Source: Pyrinomonadaceae bacterium (GTDB lineage Bacteria; Acidobacteriota; Blastocatellia; Pyrinomonadales; Pyrinomonadaceae). From it: a DNA stretch of 64,000 nt. Position numbers and translations under genes: made by a program. Where the stretch lies: positions 23,248-87,247 of the forward strand of contig DASWRC010000188.1 of NCBI GenBank assembly GCA_036403375.1, in the 5' to 3' direction. This document shows, piece after piece, positions 46,784 to 55,179 of the stretch. Numbering within the stretch: the stretch's first letter is position 1; each line of letters opens with the position of its first letter. The notes below the pieces were generated by a model. That model was not told where the DNA came from. It did no database searches and saw only the letters and a list, made by a program, of their open reading frames with translations.

Positions 46784-47743
46784 TCAAAAACGTCCGGCGC
46801 GTGCGCCGTCAAATGCGGCGCGTTCGGGCAGATAAAATTCTTCAAACCCGTGTGATGTGAGCGGACGCCCGGCGCGGAAATAATGCGTCACCGCGCCCCG
46901 ACCTTCGTGCGCAAACGGATTTAACCATGAGCGAAGCCCTAACGCCTGCGGCACGCCGTCGTTGCGGTTGACGTAATGAACATACTGCGGTCCGTCCGTG
47001 TAGCGCCGCGCCGCGCCGCCGAAGGTTTCGACCTTGATGCCGCTCATTAAATTTTCAGCTTCGCGGCGCGACATTCCGTCTTCGAGCATCAGGCGGTTTT
47101 TCACGTCCTGCAGCGCGCGGCTGGTGATGAGCGCGCCCTGCGAATGCGCGAGCAGATGAACGCCGCGCCCCGCGCGCAGCTCGTTGTAAACCGTGTCGGC
47201 GAGCGTATCGACCGCCGGATTTCTGCCGATGTCGAGCTTATCGCCCAAAGATTGCAGAATATCGGTTCCGAAACCTTCGGTCGCGTTGTGAATTCCGACA
47301 ACGCGCGAGCCGGAATTATCGGCAAGCGCCTGCAAACTGTTCGCCTGTCCGGCAACATTCGTGCGAATTCCGTTGACGTAAATTAATGTTTCGTTATTGC
47401 GTGTGCCGCCCGCCGGGATTACTGCGGGAATTTCGCTCAAAACGGTCGCGGGCGCAAAAGTCTGACCGCCGGCACCGAGGAAATAACCGTCGAATCGTTT
47501 GTCCGGCGCGGCTACTTCGCGTTGTAATCGCAGGCTTAACGGGTGCAGCGCGGTCGAAAGACCGGTGCGCGAAGCAAACGCCTCGCCGAGGGTCAGCGCG
47601 CTCGCCTCGGCAAAATTACAGGCTGCTCCGGCTTCATGCAAAACCTCATTCTGAACCGTTTCTCTTAACGAATTGCCGGCTTCGAGCGGCTTTAGAAAAC
47701 TTCTGCCGATTTCCGCCGCGATGCCTCTCAAACTCAAACCCAT
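46784..47743 (-). CDS. Alpha/beta-hydrolase (lipase/esterase-like, GxSxG) putative effector
   Basis: Track ORF starts at a TTG (47761). The ATG at complement 47741-47743 has GGAGGA 10 nt upstream. The nucleophile-elbow motif is VHLLAHSQGALI. No signal peptide. A sigma-28-type promoter lies upstream. Confidence 0.6.
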   Translation of the reverse strand: MGLSLRGIAAEIGRSFLKPLEAGNSLRETVQNEVLHEAGAACNFAEASALTLGEAFASRTGLSTALHPLSLRLQREVAAPDKRFDGYFLGAGGQTFAPATVLSEIPAVIPAGGTRNNETLIYVNGIRTNVAGQANSLQALADNSGSRVVGIHNATEGFGTDILQSLGDKLDIGRNPAVDTLADTVYNELRAGRGVHLLAHSQGALITSRALQDVKNRLMLEDGMSRREAENLMSGIKVETFGGAARRYTDGPQYVHYVNRNDGVPQALGLRSWLNPFAHEGRGAVTHYFRAGRPLTSHGFEEFYLPERAAFDGARAGRF

Positions 47744-47784
47744 CCGATCGCGTTCCTCCAAAAATTTATCTTCCTTGAAATAAG

Positions 47785-47812
47785 TTTTCGGCAGAGGTTT
47801 CTAAAAGTTTCC
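47785..47812 (-). promoter_or_regulatory. Sigma-28-type promoter upstream of the hydrolase/chaperone unit
   Basis: The reverse strand reads GGAAACTTT-tagaaacctct-GCCGAAAA with an 11-nt spacer, about 42 nt upstream of the ATG at 47743. Confidence 0.6.
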
Positions 47813-48095
47813 CAAAAAAAGGAAAAATCAATACCGCCAGCGGCAGCGAGCACGTTTGTCGACGAAATTTTTGAAACTGATTCAAACTTGCGGTCGCCGC
47901 GCCTGTACTGATTTAATCCGCGCCGCGCTCGCCGTACCGATTTAAGAAACTATTACGGAAAAATGTCGATAATTATCAGGCGGGCAGAATTTTTCAAAGC
48001 CGCGCCGGATTTTTATAAGAAATTGAAAATTTTAGGTTTAACAAACGCGCGATTTTCAAATATAATTTCGCTAAAAACTATTTGGGGAAAACAAA

Positions 48096-48500
48096 ATGGC
48101 GATAAAAAAAACAGGTTCACCTCTCAGCAGCGGCGCCGAATCGCTCGACCCGCTCGGCGGCAAAGAGCCGCTTCGGCAATCAGGCAAGGTCGATAAAAAT
48201 TTCGAAGCGGCTTTAGCGGAAGTCGCCGGGCAGATTGAACAGGCTGCCGGCAGCGAAAAAAGCGACAGCCGCGTGCGTTCGGCGTTTCAGCAAATCGCTT
48301 CCGGCGCCAATCTCGATTCGCCCGAAGGCGCGATGACGGCGGTGCGCGAATCGGCGCGTTTTCTCGTCCATTCGCGTCTCAAAGACGGGATGAGCGATAC
48401 CGAACAGGGCAAAAAAATCTCCGAAGACCTGAGCAGCTACATCTCGAAAGACCCGTTTATGCACCGCAAAATTTTGGGCATTCTGCAAAGATTGAAGTAA
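48096..48500 (+). CDS. Hypothetical 134-aa protein
   Basis: ORF with an ATG start and a weak RBS. No motif recognised. The N-terminus MAIKKTGSPLSSG is vaguely FlgM-like, but the C-terminus is not. Confidence 0.4.
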   Translation: MAIKKTGSPLSSGAESLDPLGGKEPLRQSGKVDKNFEAALAEVAGQIEQAAGSEKSDSRVRSAFQQIASGANLDSPEGAMTAVRESARFLVHSRLKDGMSDTEQGKKISEDLSSYISKDPFMHRKILGILQRLK

Positions 48501-48620
48501 ACCGGTTCAAAGCTCAAAAAGGTTTTGCCCGCGACCGCACGAAACAAACGAAAAAAATAGAAATATTTTCGATGCGCGTTTATTTAGTGTATTTCGCGGG
48601 CAAAATCTTTTTTAAATTCG

Positions 48621-48648
48621 GGAAACTTTCTCCGAACGCAAACGATAA
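48621..48648 (+). promoter_or_regulatory. Sigma-28-type promoter upstream of the peptidoglycan hydrolase gene
   Basis: GGAAACTTT-ctccgaacgca-AACGATAA with an 11-nt spacer, about 42 nt upstream of the start. Confidence 0.55.
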
Positions 48649-48689
48649 CCTTGCCAGAAGCAGCAATTTAAAATCAAGCGAGGGAAAAC

Positions 48690-50582
48690 GTGATGCAGGT
48701 TGGCGCAAAGAGTTTTGTCGAGGAAGTTTTAGAGATTTTCGGTTTCGGAAGCGAGGAATCGGCGGCAAACGGCAACACGCTGACTTCAAACAAATTTTTG
48801 TCGTCGAACGATTCTGAAGCCACCGCCGTCGAAAGAAATCTGGTTGACCGCAGCCCGATTCTGCGCGCCGGGCTGAATAACGCTTTTGCCGCCGCCGAAG
48901 CCAGCCGCTTTGATTACCAACGGATTCAGGGCGTTCGCGGAAACCGTTTCGTAACGGCGGAATTTTTGAGCGAAGTCGAAAATACGGCGCAGCGAATCGG
49001 CACGCGTCCCGAATATCTGCTGGCGGTGATGAGCTTTGAAACCGGCGGCACGTTTGACCCGGCAAAACGCAACGGTATCGGCGCGACCGGCTTGATTCAA
49101 TTTCTGGTTCCGACGGCGGAAGGTTTGGGAACTTCGACCGCCGCGCTGGCACGCATGTCGTCGGTCGAACAGCTCCGCTACGTCGAAAAATATTTCGACC
49201 AGCCGAACTTTCGCGGGCGGCTCGGTTCTCTGGAAGGATTGTACACGGCGGTTTTGAGCGGCAGAGCGCGTCAGAATAGCGACGATGTTTTGTTCCGTCA
49301 GGGGACGAGCGCCTACCGGCAAAATCCGCTCGATTGGAATAACGACGGGCAAATCACGGCTGGCGAAGCGATTACACCGGTAGCGGCGCGAATGTTCGGC
49401 GGCGTTCGCGCCGTTCAGCAAAGACTTCTCGACGCCGGTTTCGTTCCGGAAAACCAGCAGCGCCGCTTTGCCGACGGCGACTGGGGCGCAGACACGTCAG
49501 CCGCGCTCCGGCGTTTTCAGGAAGCAAACGGCTTGCCCGCGACCGGCTTGCTCGACGACCGGACGGGACGCCGGCTTTTCGGATTGCGTGCCGTGCCCGC
49601 GACGAATCCGACCAATCCGTCAACGCCGGGAGCGAGCGATTTACAGCGCGGAAGCGAGGGCGCGGCGGTCGTGCGGATTCAGGATAATTTAATCAAACTC
49701 GGCTTTCTGACCGAAGCCCAAAAAAGCACCGGCGCGGGAGTTTTCGGACCGCAGACGGAAGCCGCTCTGAAAGCGTTTCAGCGCCGCGCACATCTCGAAG
49801 CCAACGGTAGATTCGACGCCCCGACCGAGCGCGGGATGGGCGAAATCGAGCTCGGTCTCGGGCGCACGACGAGCGTTAAAAACCAGAATTTAACGAAAGG
49901 AATTCAAGACCGGCTGGTCGAGCTCGGGTACTTGACGCGCGCCGCGGTCGACACCGGCTACGGCGCGTTCGGACCGCAAACCGAAAGCGCAATCATACAA
50001 TTTCAGGCGCGCAGCGGCTTACCGCAAACCGGACGCGCCGCCGATGTGACTTTTCGAATATTGTTTTCCGAAAGCGCGCGCCGCTCAAATTCAGGCGTCA
50101 CGGGCGCCGCTTATTCGGTCGCCGCCGGCGGCAGGCATTACACGGTCGAGCCGGGAATCCTGATGACCGACTCGCTTCGCCCGCAGCTGCAAAATTTAGC
50201 CGACCGTTATCACGAGCAAACCGGAAATAATCTCCACATTACGAGCGGTTATCGTCCGCCCGCACGACAGGCTTCGGCGATGTACGATTTGATTCATTCG
50301 CGCGGCGAGCGATACGTGCGCGACCTTTATACGAATAAAACGGCGGTTGACCAAATCCTGGCGGCTTACCGCAACAGCGGCGGCAGCCGAGCGGAAGCGA
50401 TTGCGGCGATGACGCGAACGATAAACAATCAAATCGGGCACGGCACGTATATCTCCGACCATCTGCGAAGCGAGGCTCTGGACATCAGCACGAGCGCGAA
50501 TTTCAGAGTTTTGAGCCGGCTTGTTCGCGAGCTCGGCGGCTCGGTTTTGAACGAGGGAAATCATTTTCACGTCGAACTTTAA
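48690..50582 (+). CDS. Multidomain peptidoglycan hydrolase: lysozyme/lytic-transglycosylase-like + 3x PG_binding_1 + M15 (LAS) peptidase
   Basis: 630 aa (GTG 48690 or ATG 48693). The N-domain has LAVMSFETGGTFDP...GATGLIQFLVPTAEGLG. Three PG-binding repeats are present: GDWGADTSAALRRFQEANGLPATG, GVFGPQTEAALKAFQRRAHLEANG, GAFGPQTESAIIQFQARSGLPQTG. The C-domain has HITSGYRP, HLRSEALD (H-x6-D) and GNHFHVE. No Sec signal. A sigma-28-type promoter lies upstream. Confidence 0.75.
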   Translation: MMQVGAKSFVEEVLEIFGFGSEESAANGNTLTSNKFLSSNDSEATAVERNLVDRSPILRAGLNNAFAAAEASRFDYQRIQGVRGNRFVTAEFLSEVENTAQRIGTRPEYLLAVMSFETGGTFDPAKRNGIGATGLIQFLVPTAEGLGTSTAALARMSSVEQLRYVEKYFDQPNFRGRLGSLEGLYTAVLSGRARQNSDDVLFRQGTSAYRQNPLDWNNDGQITAGEAITPVAARMFGGVRAVQQRLLDAGFVPENQQRRFADGDWGADTSAALRRFQEANGLPATGLLDDRTGRRLFGLRAVPATNPTNPSTPGASDLQRGSEGAAVVRIQDNLIKLGFLTEAQKSTGAGVFGPQTEAALKAFQRRAHLEANGRFDAPTERGMGEIELGLGRTTSVKNQNLTKGIQDRLVELGYLTRAAVDTGYGAFGPQTESAIIQFQARSGLPQTGRAADVTFRILFSESARRSNSGVTGAAYSVAAGGRHYTVEPGILMTDSLRPQLQNLADRYHEQTGNNLHITSGYRPPARQASAMYDLIHSRGERYVRDLYTNKTAVDQILAAYRNSGGSRAEAIAAMTRTINNQIGHGTYISDHLRSEALDISTSANFRVLSRLVRELGGSVLNEGNHFHVEL

Positions 50583-50589
50583 AAAAAAC

Positions 50590-50617
50590 GAAAGTTTGTA
50601 CAAACAAAACCCGAAAT
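50590..50617 (+). promoter_or_regulatory. Weaker sigma-28-like promoter candidate upstream of sctU
   Basis: GAAAGTTT-N12-CCCGAAAT. The spacer is one nt longer and the -10 element is degenerate. Confidence 0.3.
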
Positions 50618-50715
50618 AGTAAAATAAATCAATCGTAAACAGGCGGAAAAGTTATTCCTATTTTTGCGATTGATATTTTCTTTTTACGGAAGGTCAAAAC
50701 GCGAGAAGGTTTTAA

Positions 50716-51792
50716 ATGTCGGCAGGCACAGGAGAAAAAACCGAGCAACCAACTGATAAGCGGCTTCGGGACGCCCGGAAAAAAGGTCAGGTCGCGAAAA
50801 GTCAGGATTTAACCGGCGCGCTTTTATTGATTGCGGCGGTCGCCGTCGTCTGGCTCGTCGGCGGCTACATCGGCGGAATTTTGCAGGGAACGGTGAAAGA
50901 CCAAATCGAATTTGCCGCGACCTTCAAGGGGCAATTTACGTCGGAAACCGCCTACGCCGTGCTGTGGCGCGGGATGAGCGGGATGTTCTGGGCTTTGACG
51001 CCGATTTTTGTCGTCGTGCCGGTTTTTGCCTTTTTGGGAAATTACCTGCAAATCGGGACGATTTTTTCGTTTGAATCAATCGCGCCGAATTTTAATAAAT
51101 TAAATCCAGTCGAAGGCTTCAAGCAAAAATTCCTAAAATCGCGCCCGTATATCGAGCTCGGCAAAACGATTTTCAAAATGCTGATAACCGCGTCGGTTGC
51201 CGGTTACGTGCTCTGGGCGGCGCGCGAGGACATTGTCCGATTAATAGAAAAACCGCCGGACGCGGCGGCGGCTTACACGTTCTCGCTGGTTTTGGAAATC
51301 GGTCTGAAAATCGGTCTGGCGTTTTTAATCCTCGGCGGCGCGGATTATTTTCTGCAAAGATTTCTGCACCGGCAGGATATGAAAATGACCAAGCACGAGG
51401 TCCGGGAAGAATACAAGGAAACCGAGGGAAACCCGCTGATTAAAGCGCAGAGACGCGCGCTGCACCGCGAAATTTTATCGCAGAGTCTGGCGGCGGCAGT
51501 CCGCGATGCCGACGTCGTAATGGCAAACCCGACGCACGTTGCGGTCGCGCTGAAATACGAGCGCGGAAAGGCAAACGCGCCGATGGTGACGGCAAAAGGC
51601 GCCGATTTGATGGCGGCGCAGATTCGCCAAATCGCCCGGGAATCGGGTGTTCCCGTAAAACGCGACATACCGCTGGCGCGCGCGCTTTACGAACTCGAAG
51701 TCGAGCAGGAAATTCCCGAAGAACTCTACGAGGCGGTCGCGGTTGTTCTGCAATGGGTTTATTCGATGGCGGAAGAACGGGCGGAAGTTTAA
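50716..51792 (+). CDS. sctU: Type III secretion autoprotease/substrate-switch protein SctU (FlhB/YscU family)
   Basis: 358 aa. It opens with the canonical GEKTEQPTDKRLRDARKKGQVAKSQDL and has four TM segments. The NPTH autocleavage site sits in VVMANPTHVAVALKY. Confidence 0.95.
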   Translation: MSAGTGEKTEQPTDKRLRDARKKGQVAKSQDLTGALLLIAAVAVVWLVGGYIGGILQGTVKDQIEFAATFKGQFTSETAYAVLWRGMSGMFWALTPIFVVVPVFAFLGNYLQIGTIFSFESIAPNFNKLNPVEGFKQKFLKSRPYIELGKTIFKMLITASVAGYVLWAAREDIVRLIEKPPDAAAAYTFSLVLEIGLKIGLAFLILGGADYFLQRFLHRQDMKMTKHEVREEYKETEGNPLIKAQRRALHREILSQSLAAAVRDADVVMANPTHVAVALKYERGKANAPMVTAKGADLMAAQIRQIARESGVPVKRDIPLARALYELEVEQEIPEELYEAVAVVLQWVYSMAEERAEV

Positions 51793-51808
51793 TTTGTAAT
51801 CCGAAGGT

Positions 51809-52459
51809 ATGGCAGATATTAAAAACGTCAATCGGAGCGGCGGAAACGAAATCGGCAGTTTGACGAATAATCAGATTGCCGAAGGGGAAGTTCCGCGCGT
51901 CCCGCAGTCAGGCGCGAAGACCGAACAGACGCAGTTTCCGGTCGGGCAGCCCGTCGAGACGCGCCCACCGTCCGACGCGACCGCGATTTTGAATGATGCG
52001 GTTATCGGGCGCGACACGACGCAGCTCGAAGCCGCCAAACAGTTAAGCGCGCTGGGCGGCGTTTCGGCGACCGACCGTCTTTTGGGCTTGGATTTGCGCC
52101 CGACGATGACCGGCGTTCTGGCAGCGCCGCCCGGAAACGCCGAGTTTCTGCGGCATCTTTCACCGCAGGCGCGCCGCACGATTATGCGGAAAATGCTCAA
52201 CAAACAGCGCGAAAGAATGCGCCGGCTGGCGCGCTACCTGCGCGACCGCCGCGACGAGTCGGCGGGCGAGGAGAGCGGCGGCGAAGAGGGCGAAAGCTTT
52301 CTGGAAGTAATCTCGGAGCCGGTCGAATTAGACCGCTCAAAACTCGTGCGGGCGACGCACGAGCTTGAAAAAGCCGCGCGAATGTTGAATATTTTAGACG
52401 AAATGCTGGCGATGCAGGATTATACAATCAGCCAAATCGGGACGTTTACGCAGGGATAA
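51809..52459 (+). CDS. Hypothetical 216-aa protein between sctU and sctQ
   Basis: ATG start with a GAAGG RBS. The protein is disordered and charged with a helical C-terminus. No motif recognised. Confidence 0.4.
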   Translation: MADIKNVNRSGGNEIGSLTNNQIAEGEVPRVPQSGAKTEQTQFPVGQPVETRPPSDATAILNDAVIGRDTTQLEAAKQLSALGGVSATDRLLGLDLRPTMTGVLAAPPGNAEFLRHLSPQARRTIMRKMLNKQRERMRRLARYLRDRRDESAGEESGGEEGESFLEVISEPVELDRSKLVRATHELEKAARMLNILDEMLAMQDYTISQIGTFTQG

Positions 52460-52471
52460 TTTTTAATCAAA

Positions 52472-53902
52472 ATGGCAGCTCCGAATCATCTTACCGAAAC
52501 CGAAAACGCGGTGCGCCCGCCCGATGCGCCGCGCGACCCGTTTGCCGTCGATTTTTTCGGCGGGGCGACCCCGATTGCCGATGACGATGAGCTGTTTGCG
52601 GAAAAGGAGCCGAAAACCCGCCGGCGCATAAAGCCGCAAAAAAAATCCGATTGGCACAGAAATCTGCCCCGAATCACGAACCGCGAAGCCGGGTTTTCCA
52701 ATCTTTTATCCAATTTACCGGAAAATTTAACGCAAAATTCCGCCGGAATGATTGCGGAAACGCTTGCGCGCTACGCTTTTCGCGAAGCCGGACAGGTCGA
52801 ATGTTCGATTATCTCGGCAACGGAAACAAATCTATCCGACGCGGTAAACAGCTTGGCTGAAACCGCGCAGGTTTTTCTGACGGTTGAATGTCAGCCGGAC
52901 AGTGCCCGGGCAATCGTCGGGCTAAACATTGAATTCGCGCGCCTTTTGATTGATTCGATGCTCGGCGGAAAAGGCGCGGAATCCCGAAACCGGCGCGCGC
53001 TTTCGCCGGTTGAAACGACGATTATCGAATTTCTCGCCGCGAATGTTTTAGGCGAAATCAACCGGTTTTTAGGCGCGCCGATGCTTTTCCTGCAGGACGT
53101 GAAAAATGAACCGGCAGCCGCCTTCGACGCGTTCGAGCGCGGTGCGGAGATTGTTTTTAATCTCGAATTCGGGGATTTCAAAGGCATTGTCACGCTTGTC
53201 GCGCCGGTGAAATTCGTCGGCGGGCTCGATAAATCGCAAAATCCGAAGCTGTTTAAAAAATCGGACAGAAAAAGTCTGCGCGATTTTGAAAAATTTGCGC
53301 CCGCGTTCGATTTACGCCTGCAAATCGGCACGACTTTTCTCGACGCGGACAGTCTTTTATACCTTGAACCGGATGATATAGTTTTGATTGAGCAATCGCT
53401 CGCCGGGGCGGCAGGCGCGAATTTCGGTGCTGATTTACAGGTTTTTGTCGGGCGCGGAAGAAATTTTCGACTTCGGGGAAATACCCAAAGCAATGATTTC
53501 GGCGGCGGTTTGAATTTCAGAATAGAGGAAATTTTGAGCGAGGACGCGCGGCGGCGATTTACGCCCGCAAAATTTAAAATGGACGAAATAGAAAACGATT
53601 CAGCGGAAGAAACGAATCTCGAAGCGACGGGCGCGCCGGCAGCGGAAGATGAAATGCCGGACGAACAGATTTCGCCGTCGCTGGAAAATGTACAAGTCGC
53701 GCTGCGCGTTGAAATTGCGGGCAACAAAATCTCTCTGCGCGAGCTGCAGAATCTTCGTGCCGGACAGATTATCGCGCTCGGTTGCAGCCCGGCAGACCCG
53801 GTGCGTCTCGTCACGGATAACAACGAAGAACCGGTCGCGACGGGCGAACTGGTCGAAATCGAAGGACAGCTCGGCGTGCGTTTGACGAAAGTTTTTATTT
53901 GA
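52472..53902 (+). CDS. sctQ: Type III secretion sorting-platform protein SctQ (FliM-like N-part + FliN/SpoA C-domain)
   Basis: 476 aa. The FliM-like block is LLIDSMLGGKGAESRNRRALSPVETTIIEFLAANVLGEIN. The C-terminal SpoA domain is VQVALRVEIAGNKISLRELQNLRAGQIIALG...ATGELVEIEGQLGVRLTKV. Confidence 0.85.
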   Translation: MAAPNHLTETENAVRPPDAPRDPFAVDFFGGATPIADDDELFAEKEPKTRRRIKPQKKSDWHRNLPRITNREAGFSNLLSNLPENLTQNSAGMIAETLARYAFREAGQVECSIISATETNLSDAVNSLAETAQVFLTVECQPDSARAIVGLNIEFARLLIDSMLGGKGAESRNRRALSPVETTIIEFLAANVLGEINRFLGAPMLFLQDVKNEPAAAFDAFERGAEIVFNLEFGDFKGIVTLVAPVKFVGGLDKSQNPKLFKKSDRKSLRDFEKFAPAFDLRLQIGTTFLDADSLLYLEPDDIVLIEQSLAGAAGANFGADLQVFVGRGRNFRLRGNTQSNDFGGGLNFRIEEILSEDARRRFTPAKFKMDEIENDSAEETNLEATGAPAAEDEMPDEQISPSLENVQVALRVEIAGNKISLRELQNLRAGQIIALGCSPADPVRLVTDNNEEPVATGELVEIEGQLGVRLTKVFI

Positions 53903-54026
53903 GCCGTTCGGGTTTTTAAAGAATTATTGCCCGCGCGCAGAGACGAAGGAAACGAAAAAAAAGAAATATTTTATTTCTTTGAATTTACTTTTCCGTGTTT
54001 CGTGCGCTTCGTGGGCAAAATTAAAT

Positions 54027-54416
54027 ATGGGCAATTCTTTGAGTTTTTTGTGGATGCTGGTGCAGACGATTTTTGCGCTGGCGCTCGTCTGCGGGCTGGC
54101 ATACCTGATTTTTCGCGTCATTCTGCCGCGTCTCGCCGTCAATTACGGCTCGAACAACATGGTGCGCGTCGTTGACCGCATCGGTTTGGAAGCGCGAAAA
54201 AGTCTTTATGTAATTGAAGTTGCCGGAAAATGGATGCTCGTCGCCTCGTCGGAAAGCGGCGTGCAGTTTATCGCCGAGCTCGATGCCGAAAGCGCTCGCC
54301 TCGCGGAAGAAGAAATTGTCAAAAACCGTCAATTGCCAGCCAACTCGGCGTTCGGAAAATCTTTTGCCGACAAGCTTAACGAGGTTATCAATCGCGGCAA
54401 ACAAGGAGGGAAGTAA
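54027..54416 (+). CDS. FliO-like single-pass membrane protein
   Basis: Track ORF is 53979..54416. The ATG at 54027 gives MGNSLSFLWMLVQTIFALALVCGLAYLIFRVILPRL, then VRVVDRIGLEARKSLYVIEVAGKWMLVASSESGV, which is FliO-like. Its stop overlaps the sctR start (TAATG). Confidence 0.5.
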   Translation: MGNSLSFLWMLVQTIFALALVCGLAYLIFRVILPRLAVNYGSNNMVRVVDRIGLEARKSLYVIEVAGKWMLVASSESGVQFIAELDAESARLAEEEIVKNRQLPANSAFGKSFADKLNEVINRGKQGGK

Positions 54417-55171
54417 TGAGACGCCGACTCGTAATTATGTTCTGCACCTTCGCTTTTATCGGAGTCCTGCCGATTTTCGCGCAGGACGCGCCCGCAAAAT
54501 CTGCCGACACGGCAAATCCGGTCGTTTTAATCATTATCGTCGGCGCGCTCGCGCTCGCGCCGTTCGGTTTGATAATGCTGACTTCGTTTGTCAAAATCGC
54601 GGTCGTACTTTCGATTCTGAGGAACGCGCTCGGCACACAGCAGGTTCCGCCGAATCAGGTCATCACGGGCATCGCACTAATCTTAACGATTTTCATTATG
54701 TCGCCGGTCGTCGAAAAAATGTATTCGGAAGCCGGAGCGATACAAAACACGGAAGCGATTTTTTCAGAGGTTTCGGTAAAAACGCTGTTTGAAGCCTCGA
54801 AAAAAGGCAAAGAACCGCTTCGACAGTTTCTCATACGCTACGCTGACGAGCGGCACCGCGTGATGTTTTTCAATCTCGCACAGCAGATGGCGCAGAAAAA
54901 CGGCAACGACCCGAACGCGATTACGGCAGACGAATTTCGCGTGGTCATCCCGGCGTTTGTCACGAGTCAGTTGACCGAAGCCTTTCAAATCGGCTTTATT
55001 CTATTTGTGCCGTTCCTGATTATCGACATGGTCGTCGCCAACATATTGCAGGCGATGGGAATGTTTATGCTCTCGCCGACGATTATTTCGCTGCCGTTTA
55101 AACTGCTGCTGTTCGTGCTTATAAACGGTTGGGAACTGCTGATAAAAAACCTCGTTCTGGGGTATGTCTGA
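54416..55171 (+). CDS. sctR: Type III secretion export apparatus protein SctR (FliP family)
   Basis: 251 aa with the canonical FVKIAVVLSILRNALGTQQVPPNQVITGIALILTIFIMSPV. Confidence 0.95.
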   Translation: MRRRLVIMFCTFAFIGVLPIFAQDAPAKSADTANPVVLIIIVGALALAPFGLIMLTSFVKIAVVLSILRNALGTQQVPPNQVITGIALILTIFIMSPVVEKMYSEAGAIQNTEAIFSEVSVKTLFEASKKGKEPLRQFLIRYADERHRVMFFNLAQQMAQKNGNDPNAITADEFRVVIPAFVTSQLTEAFQIGFILFVPFLIIDMVVANILQAMGMFMLSPTIISLPFKLLLFVLINGWELLIKNLVLGYV

Positions 55172-55179
55172 TGATTTGC

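Noticed and set aside
48096-48500. The 134-aa protein as the FlgM-type anti-sigma-28 factor
   Set aside because: Only the first ~10 residues (MAIKKTGSPL) resemble FlgM. The conserved C-terminal sigma-binding helices are not recognisable. It is kept as hypothetical.
48580-49421. Minus-strand ORFs 48580..49152 and 48786..49421
   Set aside because: They are antisense to the peptidoglycan hydrolase gene, whose domain motifs are unambiguous.
52891-53823. 310-aa minus-strand ORF in the track
   Set aside because: It is antisense to sctQ, which has clear FliM/FliN motifs. It is Ser/Arg-rich, low-complexity and has no RBS.
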